From NCBI GenBank assembly GCA_051942205.1, contig JAVECO010000031.1, positions 1-64,000 on the forward strand: DNA of 64,000 nucleotides. Direction: 5' to 3'. Below are positions 35,213 through 46,688 of the stretch, one piece after another. The DNA comes from Coniocarpon cinnabarinum (taxonomy: Eukaryota). The notes beneath the pieces were generated by a model, which saw only the letters and a program-made list of their open reading frames with translations, was not told where the DNA came from and made no database searches. Each line of letters opens with the position of its first letter. Positions within the stretch are counted from its first letter, which is position 1. The position numbers and the translations under genes were made by a program.

Positions 35213-37090
35213 TGCAGTAATCAATTGCTACAAAGACCATCTAGAAACTTTGTATCTTGTCTTTGCATACAACGAAAAGCTGTTTCAAAGCCGGAAAAGC
35301 GTTGCGTCTTTACTTTACTCCGCCGAAGAGGAGAGTAAGATGACAGGAACAGTAATTCTTCTTGGAGCTGGTACGGCTTATCTGGTGCTTGCATAGTTTT
35401 GGAAGTGAATTCTGCGCAGACGCTTTCGGGCTTTCATGTTCTCTTGTTGGGGTCAAGCCAAATCGCAGCTTTGTGAAGAGGTTCTTGCGAGTTGCAATGC
35501 TGTGAGATCTATAGTCATTTGCAGTTACGAAGTACGCATATCGTAGAGTTATATAGCAAAAACATTGGAAATGATGGCACTAAAAGCTACAGCGCAAGTA
35601 TGATACACCTATCTTGCAATTCGCAGATTTGTAAAGACTCTACATCGCAAGACTCATTTCCTGACGAAATGCAAGGGACATTCCTGCTTGGTCAATCTAC
35701 TTGTAAGCCCAATAGAGAACGATTTTGGAAATGAAATCTTCGCGTCATGACTTTGCGACCCAGTCTTGGAGGCGCACGGGTGGAATTTTATGCCAATTTT
35801 CTAAGGATGGAACGTGTGACATGTTCCTGTTCGTCTTCGTCTTCTTCCTCGCGGCCTTTCGTCTGTGCTTTGTGCGTGCCTCTGTGGCGGTAAATGACGC
35901 CATCATCTGTGTAGAAGGCATATTGTCCGTCCGTGCGTGTCATTTTCTAGCCGTTGGCCTGCCACGGTGCAGGACTAATTCTTGAGCATTGAAGGATGAT
36001 GTCCTTGCGTCGTAGTGATGATCAATGAAGTTAGGAATGGCTACCAATAAGGACAAGCATTTATGTGAGTGGTTTTAGTAGTGGTTATGATGATTATGAT
36101 CACTTAATAAAGAATAGTAGTAAATATACGGATGTTGGCAAGAGATAGGTCGTAAATCAGTTTCCAAGGTTGTATATGTCATTGATCGCGGCAGCGATAT
36201 TCAAAGCAGAAGGTCTTGTGTATCTCTTGTATACCTGAATAACTACTACGGTATTTGTAGAATAATTTACCAGCTATAACCGTTAGTAATCAACGCGCGT
36301 TTTTCATAGTGGTTTCGATTTAGTCTTGACCCGATTTGACATGATGTAGTATCAATGGTGTCGGTAAGGGCATAACTGCTCCATCAACATCACTGGGTGA
36401 AGTAGCTTAACGATGCTAGTGAACGCAAAACGGAATGCGGGAAAAGAAGTGCACTAGCAATTTTTTTTCCATCAACCTCAACTGCGTACAAGTCAGCAAT
36501 GCATTTGATGTGTGGTCTGTCAAAGTGCGTGTGCTGTGTTAAATCCTCCGGGGATTTTTAGTGCAATGGATCATCTGACGGCTCTGAACCAAAATAGTAA
36601 AAGTCGAGAACATACAATCTGGGTACCACATTAGTGTGTTTGCGCTTCATGGCTACCAGACTCTTTTCTATGTGTTTCTCACGTATCGCTCTGCCCTTCT
36701 GGCTTTCGGCTCTGCCCAATTGATGTCGAAATGACCGGACAAACAGGTATACTTCATCTTTGACGACAGGTCGACTCTAAACAATCAGCAACCTAAAAGC
36801 TCAGAAAGATGTGGTAAGGACTGAGTACATGCTGACACAGTCTGCTATTAGAGTTCCAGGCGCAACAAACTTACTTTCGAATATCGAGGTGGTAGCTGCT
36901 GCAAATTGTTTTTAGCCCAGAAATTTAGGTGTAATCCGCTTCGCATCAGCAATGCGATTTCTCAGCGCGTACCTGTTTTGCCAGCGGCAGATGTTGACTG
37001 CAGAAACCGTAATAGTTCATTGGATGAATCAACGAAAATGGTATGCGACGGAAACCTGTATCAAATCTCCAAGAGTGTTCAGACCATTCT

Positions 37091-40000
37091 TCAAAGACCT
37101 TGGCTATATGAGAGACATAATTCTCGAACTGAAGGACGCCTTCGATCACGGTCAGTGCCAAGGGTGACATTAGGTGCAGTGGACCACGTACCAGGCTCGA
37201 AAAGCTTTTCTACTGCTCCCGGAGAGTGCCGTTGATAGGCACTTCCGTATGCAAGCCACATGTCTCGTGACTCTCGGGATCGATTGGGAAACCCACCATT
37301 AAAAAGCACAGTGCATATGAGGTCGCAGCAGCCGTGTTCTACTGCCAATGCGAGCAGCGGAAGACCAGCCGACCCTCTCCAGGTTTGCACATCTAGTTTG
37401 CTTGCCACAGCCATCTCCTAGAACCTTTGCTCGAATCCGTAAGATAATAGTAGCTCCACGGAGAAATTGTTCAGTGGAAAGGGGACTGACGTGTTGAAGA
37501 CGTCGCTCGGACGCGTTCTCTGACCCGGGAAGATAGAAAATCGTTGTGCCTGGGATTTGTCAATCTCTGCATCCTCAAACTTTTGTGACAGTGTAGCGCA
37601 AAATTGTTCGATTAGCGTTGAGTTTGCGCGGCCCTATCGTTGAGCATTAGCACCGTCGAGTAGTAAAGCCTCGATGATAGGCCATGATTGACTCCAGAGA
37701 TTCAAGGTGGTTCGGCTCTCAAGCTGAGGTCACGGCCTCCAAACTCACACGATTTTGTACAAAGAAATCTAAAACACGCAGAGACTCTTCCACGAAATAC
37801 GAAAACGTCAGCCACGAGTAGCTGCGGACATCGAATCGTTTCAAAAGCGCCAAACGCGTCTGCGCCATAAACTCAACGGGCTCGAACTGGTTTTGGCGAT
37901 GCTGCTCCAACTCTTGTTGAATGTCACTTCTTGCAAAAAAGTCCAGAACAGTACGATGCACAAACCGGAAAGTTGTTGAATATGGCGCAGACATTTGATC
38001 CACCGTATACGGTTCATCAACCACCAGTAGATCTTTACTGATCGCAAGGAGGCGTCTTGCTTGGATTGCGCCGACTTTACGCAATGCCTCCGGAGTCCAA
38101 GGCTCACACGATATCAGAAAAAAGTCAAGGCCAGCATTGATTCTGACGTAGATGAATTCGAGCACCAGTAGTGGGATGGAGGCACCAAAGTCTCTCAAAT
38201 TGTCCTCGCATCGCTTGAGACACAGCAACATGTCTAGTCGTGCAAGCGGCTTCGCCTCAATCGAATAGAAGATTTTTTCAATGAGCGCTTTCAGTTGCGT
38301 TGGCATGGCGTTGAGTCGGTATTCGAGATCAGCAAACGAATCTCCATCGCTAAGACCTTGTCGAAGTGACTCAATAACCAGCGAGACCCATAGGAATACT
38401 CCCTGTGCGCGGTTGAGTATTATTTCGACCAGACTGTCTCTTTGAATATCATCGACTTGGATACTGGTGCAAAATTCGTGAAGCTCGTCGAAGCTTGAGT
38501 GAGTGTATGCGGAGATGTCAGATCGAGTGAAGCGGTGTAGATACAACACATTTCTGCTGTCTTGGCCGAGAATGTCCCTGAAAACGTTGGATTCGCGACT
38601 AGCAAGACAAAGTTTAATATTGTTAGCAAGACTGAGCTTCTTCAGTAACTTGGCAAGATCAAAATGACTCCCTTCATATTCATCGAGGCCGTCGATGAAA
38701 AAGCAGAATTTCATGCCGTCACGGGGAAGCTCGGCAACACGCTGGAGAGTCTCCTGTAACTCTTTCAAACTCCATGGGCCGCATGTATGGACACCTTTCA
38801 ATTGCATTTCCAGGCGCGACGGTGTCGCTTTTCCAATTAAATCTCGGCGCTGGGAAAGAACATTGTGGAGGAGAGACTGGTACAGACCCTGCTGCGACTT
38901 TTGAATCGCGGTGCCAGCAGCCCAAAAGAAATGCCTTGCAGTGATCAGAGTTGCACCTTGACTCCATTCTGTTAGCAACTCATGCGTTGCGCATTCCTCG
39001 AACAGGTACTTGATAAATGTGGATTTCCCTGCTCCTGGTAGTCCAGTGACCTATTTCTCACAATCAGTGGACGAAAAGTTCCAAAAGATAAACATTCCAA
39101 CATCACAAAAAAGTATTGCAACGCCCTCGGTACATGCGGAAAAAAGACAAGACACCCTTTAATGCAAGCTCCCTATGCTATCGCTGATCTTGTCTACATC
39201 TTTTTGAAACAATGGGAAACTCACCCAATAAATATCATCGGCAGAACTAAACCACGAGGCTGGAGTGACAGCTTGTCCTTCTTCGACCGGCTGAGGCTTG
39301 AGCGCCCATCTAAAAGTATCCTTATGAGCCTCTGGAATCTGCGACTCTCGAGCAGCTATCTCATCAAACGTTAAACTTTGGAGAATATCTGAATATGCTT
39401 GATTCTTTTGAATCTCCTTGACTTTTTCCATTTCGCCAATGACGCGAGACAGGCGATGATCAAGGTCAACAAGCTGGTCAGAATTTCTACTTTCCTCCCA
39501 CGCAGTTTTCAACTCCTCAATGTCATTGCGCAGTCTTGGAATGTCACGCAAGTGATCATTTGTCCCGCTGTGGTCTTTGAAGAATAAGGTAATGAGTCGT
39601 AGGATTAGTTCAGAACGCAGATCACTCAAGTGTTTTCGAAACTCTTCGAGCTTTTGCCGGTGCCACACACTCTTGACAGCTTTGCCGATACTCTCGCCGA
39701 AGCGACGTCTGTTGGAAGTTTGCAAGGCTGCTATCTCCAGCTGGAAATCCTTTGCAAGATTTTCTGTATGTTCAGCTAGCTGATAAAACTTGGCGGTAGG
39801 ATCTGACGAGGTTGAATCCGGAGCTTGCCATTGAGTAGATGACAACTCCTGGCACACGTTCTGCAAGTCAGCAGCGACACAGTCGAGTTCGTTGTGGCTA
39901 CATCGAATGTTAGCAATGCATACCCCATGGCTGATACAAGAGAAGCGCCTTATAGCTTTGATGAATAAGCACTCCAACACCTTGCATAAGTGCTGAGCAT

Positions 40001-40132
40001 TGGTACATACTCGCGAGTTCTGCCGTTGACTGATGTGTAAAGCTGCGTGCCGTCACCAATGGCCCTCGCGCATATGTCCAGGAATTGGGCGATGGCAGCA
40101 GCCGCGCCCAGGACTGCCAGCGCTTCGGTCAT
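37091..40132 (-). CDS. NLR-like NACHT protein (SesA/HeLo-like N-terminus, NACHT, degenerate ankyrin-like tail). In-frame TAG at 37418-37420, so truncated or a pseudogene
   Basis: Exons 40132-40011, 39897-39225, 39050-37749 and 37633-37091. Motifs EALAVLGAAAAIAQFLD, ARESQIPEAHKDTFRW, Walker A YW|VTGLPGAGKST, HFFWAAG, Walker B FFIDGLDE, LCLASR and AQGVFLWVSL. Confidence 0.85.
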
Positions 40133-40640
40133 TCCGAAGATTTTGAACTTTCAGGAAGCGGCTCAGCGAGCAAAGAATACGATAGTCGCATTTAAGCACT
40201 TTCTAGAACTCCGTGGATGACAATGGAGGCAAGAGGATTTTCCAAGACAATGAGGCGCAGAGCTCAGCCACAAGGCAATGTTACACCGCATCGGTGAGCT
40301 GAGGCTTCCGAAAAAAGGAAAACCAGCAAAGGGAGTATCACCATCCACTGGATAGTTCGTCAGTCATGGGATGGCATGAAACCTTTTGCGTCACCAGTAC
40401 TATTGCTGGTGTCCCACGCTTGTTTTTGCAAAAGTCCAGGAAAGTGAGACTGTTGAAACGAGGACCTGTATCGATACTCAAGAAACAAGACCTCTCTTGA
40501 CGTGAAAAAATCCACGCATCTGATGGGTATCAATCAAAGCCGTCCCGGGAAGATTTCTCATGTCTTCCAACCGTACCCACTCTGTACTGCAGCTAGATCA
40601 CTTTCCATTACTCACAAAGGCATTTCCGAGCTGCGCAGCA

Positions 40641-43600
40641 TCATTCAATACCCTCACCAGCTCTTGCCAAAACCTCATACACGTCTCCTCCAATCCGATA
40701 CCGCACCAATCCCGCAAACACCATGAGGTCTCGGGCACACTGCCTCAACTCCTTCTCAGTCTCCCGACCATGCCCGCCCACGTCGAAACCACCTTGCATG
40801 AGTGTTCTTCTTTGCTCTCCACATGCGCCAATGGCCCATACAAGGAGGTTGCCCACATTTCGTGCGACGACAGGGGGCTGCTGGTTCAGCTTCGCGGCGC
40901 TGGCACGGATCGCACTGATGTTGCCGGCGGCTTGCATGGGTAAGAGATCCATCAGCCCCAGCGTATCGATGGCCTCGGCCCATCTGTGCAATGCGATACG
41001 GCTGCGGACCTCCCACATGCGGAGAAGGAGCGCCGCTGACTGTCGATTGACCTCGGAGATGCGCGAGAAGTATAACGCGTGCGTGTTGTAAAGAGAGAGC
41101 ATGTTCTGCGTGAGTGTGGCGGGGTCGTCTACGGCGACAAGGCTGAGTGAGGACATGTTGTCTTGAGTTTTAGGAGGATCATCTGGTTTCGCCCGCGGCT
41201 TGAGCGGCTGCAAGCGCATAGGTTCTGCGGCAATGTCGATGCCCAGCGCGTCGGAAAGCGCGCGATTGACGACTGTGACAACACTGTCGTATTCTTCAGC
41301 GAGATGATACAATAATGCTGCGTCGTTCACACGACCGGCGTCATCTGCAACTTGAGCGGCCTGGATGGTCAGAGTTCGCAAGAACTCGGCTGGATCCGCA
41401 GCGCCTTTTGCGATGAGTGGTAAGCGTGTTTCAATAACACCTCTGATGCGACGACCGTCATTACGAATGTCGCCAATCAAAAGTGGGAACTCCCGCGTTT
41501 CAAGTGTGAGTTCTTTCAGTGCCTCGTGACTGACATGGGCCATCTTCTGACCGAGCTCGCCAGGCAGATCAGCATTCATGGCAATCAAAACCAAATAGTC
41601 GGCGGCGGCTTCTGAACGGGCAAGGCGGAAGGCCTGGGTGAAGTAGCCGAGGAGACGACCAAAATTAACCTGAGGTTGCTGACGAGTCGTGTACGTAACT
41701 GTTTTGACGTTAGCATTGTTGCAATATCAGTCTGAACTCTTTTCACTTACGAAGATCCATGTCCAACAGGGGATCGGATACTCTCAGAAGACCGTAGAAA
41801 TCCAGCGCAATCGCGAAATGCACGGCAGCTACTTGGTTGAATTGATAGAGGTACGCAACTGCTTGCTCGAATGTGCCAGCAAGAATTTGCAGCAAGAAGC
41901 AAGTCGCGTAGGCGCCATCTGACTGATCCTGATTTGCTGCGAAGATGCGCTCCTTGATATCTCCTACGATGGTTTGCACGTTCTCAAGGCCCATCGTGTC
42001 GCCTGCCGTCTCTTCTGCTCGGTTAGCTTCTCGCGCAAGAGCAAAGTAGAGCCAGATGACATCCTCAACATCAGGATGTGGTATGTCCAGCCGTGGATGT
42101 GAGAGATCGCACCGGCCCAGTACTTTGTAACATGCCATGCGGTAAGGGTCGTTAACCTTAGCTGGGTTGCTCAGTCGCTGCTGATATTCTCGCGTCATTC
42201 GTGATCGTAGATTATATGGCATGTTCCGTCCTTGGCTTGCGTAGCTGGCAATATATTGTGGGAATGATCTGTCGTAGGTTTTGATCACCCGCTCGTTATT
42301 TTCAACATATTGTGCAGCCTCATCGATCAGCCCGCTTCGAATCAAGAAGAAAACAGTGGCCCAGATTGGCTCCCCCGCTTCGCCACGCTGTGGCTCCTGA
42401 TCTTCCGGAAGTAAATCTCTGGAAGATTCACGGATGCGGAGATAGCCGCGGATGATACTCGCTTTTGTCGGCATGCCCCCAATGCTGGCTTCCTGTGGGT
42501 TCTTATCCACCAAATCTTGCACTCTATTGAAAAAGTTATCTTCCAAATATTTACGGGAGCCATCCAAGATCTGCTGACGTAGTCGGACACTCGATCCTGC
42601 GTTAGGATTATCACTGATGTAATCTTGGAGATACTGCCTCTCTCGTATGGCACCTTCATGAGAGAGTCGCTCAACATTGCTGTTTTCCTTGACGATATTC
42701 CGCAATGCTTGGTAGGCGTTGATGATATGTTTGGGCGTATCACTCCCATTCTCCAATTCTACACGTGCAAATTGTTCGATCACTGGGAAAACTGTCTCCT
42801 CCATTCGGGCAATGTTGAGATCTCTGACTTTGTTGCAGTATCGTTCCATCGTTGTTCGTTGATATGGTTCACTGGCAAGAGCAGGTGCACCAGCCTCAGA
42901 AGCCTTCTCTTCGACGTCTTTAAACATGCTATGCCGGAGCATGGATCCTCGTCCCACAGAACCGCCTAGCACAGACTTAGACATGGGCGAGTCCCGCACC
43001 GAGCCGCGCATACTACCACGTGCAGACGCATCCGGAGCACGCGAACGTCGACTGGATCGACCAAATGCCCCTCGAGGACCAAGACTTGAGGAGTCCATTC
43101 GATCACTCTGTTGATCTTCTTGATCTCCAGGCTTGATGAGTCCAAGGTGCTCATAAACGCGCTTGCGCTGATAATCCCAATTGATTTGCAGATTGTTTTC
43201 CAGGAAATCATCAAAGTCGCGCTTCGATTGTTCCATGGCTTCATCCATCATCTCTCGAAGCGTCTTGGCATGCATACTTGCCATGTAATTCTCAATGCGT
43301 GGATCATCTTGAGGCGGTAGCTGTGACTGTACTGCAGCAGTTTCGTTCGCGAGGGCCTCGAGATCCTTTTTCGTTGCACCCTGCTGAATACCTGATGCTG
43401 CAAGAAGATAGTGTGCACGGCTGTCATGCGCTCTGCTTGCGCTAAAATCTGGGTTGGTGTTACCCAGACCTTTGATCTTGCTCGAAATGTCGCCCAAGCC
43501 CAGCTGGAGTGACGGAAGCTGGGCGTTTTCAGACCCACCCACATCACGACGTTTGCGACCGCGCTCCAGCAGGTCTTCGAAAAGCGCAGCTCTGGGCGCG

Positions 43601-44526
43601 TCGCCGTTTTTGGAAACCTGACCATTGGTTTGTGCGCTCTGCTGCGATGGATGTTGCTGCTGTGTATTTGCACCTAAAGTTTGTGATCCTCCCGCGTTGC
43701 CAAACAGACCAGGCCCGGCTTGTTGACTGCTTTGATTCGTGTTACCGAAGACACTTCCTCCTGCTTGTTGACTGGGCTGGCTTGCATTTCCGAACAGACC
43801 TGTGTTGGTGGCCTGATTTGCTTGATTTGTGTTTCCAAACAGTCCTCCACCAGCAGGCTGACTCGTCTGATTGCTGCCGCCGAAAAGTCCGCCGCCGCTT
43901 GGTTGTGTTGTCTGGTTCGTAGCTCCAAATAAGCCTCCACTGTTTTGAGCTTGTGTCTTGGGTGCAAATAAGCTGTTTGATGGTTGTGCGGAGGACGATG
44001 ATGTTCCCGACGTTGGAAACAAACTACCACCTGACTGTGCGGACGTAGTAGCGTTTGCTGTGTTGGTTCCAAAGAGTCCGCCGGACGTGCCTGATTGTGA
44101 GGTTTGTCCGACGTTGGCGAAGAGGCTGTTGCCAGAAGGCTGAGATGATTGCGCATTTGATGCGCCAAAGAGACTGCTGCTTTGCCCTGCGCTAGAAGCT
44201 GCAGCTCCACCAAAAAGACCTCCCCCCATGCCGCCAGATGATGTTGCTGTACCCCCGAACGGTGACGAATTCGTTTGACTTGCAGATGAATTTGGAGCGC
44301 TTATGCGAGAGAAGAGACTGTTCGATGCAGGGGCAGAAGAGGCTTGAGCCTGGTTGCCGCCAAACAAAGTGCCTGAGGATGCATTGCCGCTTGATGAGGT
44401 TGCGTTGCCAAAAAGATTAGACGAAGCGGGTTGGGATGACGGAGTGTTGTCCTTGTTGGTATTAGCGAAGAGAGAAGTGCCGCTGTTTGCGTTCGTATTG
44501 TTTGCGTTTCCAAACAGCGACATCAT
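40641..44526 (-). CDS. NIC96: Nuclear pore linker nucleoporin Nic96/Nup93 with N-terminal FG repeats (intron 41750-41699)
   Basis: SLFG/GLFG-rich N-terminus, LPSLQLGLGDI, AHYLLAASG, DPYRMACYKVLGRCDL, AVHFAIALDFYGLL, TREFPLLIGDI and LMVFAGLVRYRI. Confidence 0.95.
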
Positions 44527-44679
44527 TAAAGGAAGCGAATAAGAAACTTTGTGTAGATTGAAACATTGGAAGATGGGACGCAACGCGCTCGACGCGAATG
44601 GCTTTTGAAAGCCTGGAGTTTCAGGCAAGTAGCGCTGCTGATTTCTGACGCGGGCAGCAACTTTACATCTTATATTGCT

Positions 44680-45579
44680 TCAACAAGCAAACACAAACGG
44701 GGGGCGACTTACCATCCTAGCGTCAGACGAGTTCCAATTTCCATGCTTGTCCGCTGTCCACCAACTGGCTTTTCCTTTGCCATCATCCTCGTTCGGATCG
44801 GTTGCTCCGGTGTGCTTCGATCCGGTCATGCCTTCAATACTCTGCAGAATCCCTTTATCTTGACCCAGCGTGGCGAATGGATTAGCTATGGGCTCAGCGA
44901 GCTTCTGATGGCTCTGGCCGCCCGTGAACATCGGGAATGAGTAATTTGTATTCGACCTCAAGGGCGGAGGAAGATTCGGCTGGCACTTGGCAATGAAAGC
45001 ATCGAGATTTGCCCTCACGTTTTTAAGCTCCTCTTCAGAGATGCCAATGCCCGATCCCTCGTTCGTTTGCTGGGCGACTTGGGTCATGATAGGTCTCGAG
45101 TTCTTCTCCCAGTCTTCAGTTTCAGATGCAGCAGGAAAGCCGCCAGAAGCCGTCTCGTGGTAGGTCAATCCTGGTAACGGCTTCTCAGAACATGTTGGCT
45201 TTTCAACTTGCGATGCAGCCACTTCCTGCGATGCATCGATAGGCTCAGCGACGTTGTCAATTACTTCTTCGTAGTCAGGAAGCGGTGGTTTTTGGGGTGG
45301 TGCACTGAGGGCCGAGCTGGCAGAACTCGCCGGCGACAGCTGAAGCGGCGAAAAGTCAGGCACCTCTTCGCTTTGATCAGGAGGTGGACTCGTCGGGTTT
45401 TCTCCGGCGAGTGCTAGAATTTCCTCTGTGGTAATGCCTTTGAAATCGTCCTGCTCCGGAACCTGGACTGGCGTGCTCTCTCGCAAAGAGGACGGAGCCG
45501 CGGCTGGTGCATCGCGCGACGGACTGCTCTGACGACTTTCTGGCGGACCAACGAGATGATCCTTACGATGCGAGGGCAT
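44680..45579 (-). CDS. Acidic Pro/Ser-rich hypothetical protein (~300 aa), 3' end uncertain
   Basis: Long ORF with coding-like composition and a strong donor ATG|GTAAGT at 44712 near its end. Confidence 0.6.
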   Translation of the reverse strand: MPSHRKDHLVGPPESRQSSPSRDAPAAAPSSLRESTPVQVPEQDDFKGITTEEILALAGENPTSPPPDQSEEVPDFSPLQLSPASSASSALSAPPQKPPLPDYEEVIDNVAEPIDASQEVAASQVEKPTCSEKPLPGLTYHETASGGFPAASETEDWEKNSRPIMTQVAQQTNEGSGIGISEEELKNVRANLDAFIAKCQPNLPPPLRSNTNYSFPMFTGGQSHQKLAEPIANPFATLGQDKGILQSIEGMTGSKHTGATDPNEDDGKGKASWWTADKHGNWNSSDARMVSRPPFVFAC

Positions 45580-46688
45580 GTTGCTGGCTGTGTGGGCGAG
45601 GAATGTACGCAGCTGAACAAGCACCCCTTGCTTACTGGGTCACGATTGCACTGTGAATCGCGCTCTATTCTAAACGCCCTCATCTTTTTAAGGAAAGAAA
45701 GGTATGTTTCACTTCAATCTACTCCTGCAAGATATGTTTCTTTGTTTGACGACCGAAATGGTAAACGTTAAACAAACCTCTTTGCCATCTAGTAGTAAGA
45801 ATTCAATAGCTAAGACGCCTCACAAGAGCTAATGATGTACAATGGTTAGTACTTCATTGGATGTGCTCTCTTGGATTTATATTGCAAGCTAAGTGGTGAC
45901 ATCTTGCAGCAAGAGTGCTGTGTAAGCTTGTTTCCACTCTACAAGCCTACTACCAGTTAGAGACATTTCAGGCTTTTCATTACGTCGATAGAGACAAGCA
46001 ATACTGGTCCATTTCTTCAATCACGAAGCCCATGCAAATATGCTGACTGCTGGTTCCCTAGAACGCGAAAAGCACAATTTGCCAGTAATCACTCACTACT
46101 GAAGATCAACACCTTCGTCTCGTATTCAAGATCGGAATATGTCTCATTGCTGAAAATGTACCATTGCTAAGCGGCATCACTACTGAAAATCTTCATCAAT
46201 CCGTAGCTCTATTTGCAGATCGCAAAGAAAAGCTGGACAATAGCTGAAGTTCGGTAAGAGTATCGAAGCAGGACCAACGACGCTACATTCAGCTCTTAGC
46301 CCAACGTCCTGATGCCGGACATGTAACAGAGGCCAGGAACCGTGGCAACTTCCAGACGGCGCAGATCAGTGATAGGTCTAGTAAAGCTGCATTGGCAAGA
46401 GGCAATGGACCTATTGAGGCTAGTGAAGAGCCTTTGCCGCCAATGGATGACATCGTGATTGAGTTGCGAAGTACCGCGTAGAGTAGGTAATGGACGACTG
46501 CCCTCTGGCATTGAGTTGATGATACAGTGGCGGTCTTATTAACAGCATCAACTAATGTCTTCGAATCCTCCGGGCTTCTTCTGTGCGAACCCAAGTCGGT
46601 ATTTGTAAAGGGGGCTGCATCATTCAACTTGGGTTGGTGCTGCCCATTGTGCTACTCCAGCGATTTTACTGATGATTTGCACTCACGA

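Noticed and set aside
45741..45777. Small hairpin TTTGTTTGACG...CGTTAAACAAA
   Set aside because: The arms are only about 11 bp and low in complexity, so chance is plausible.
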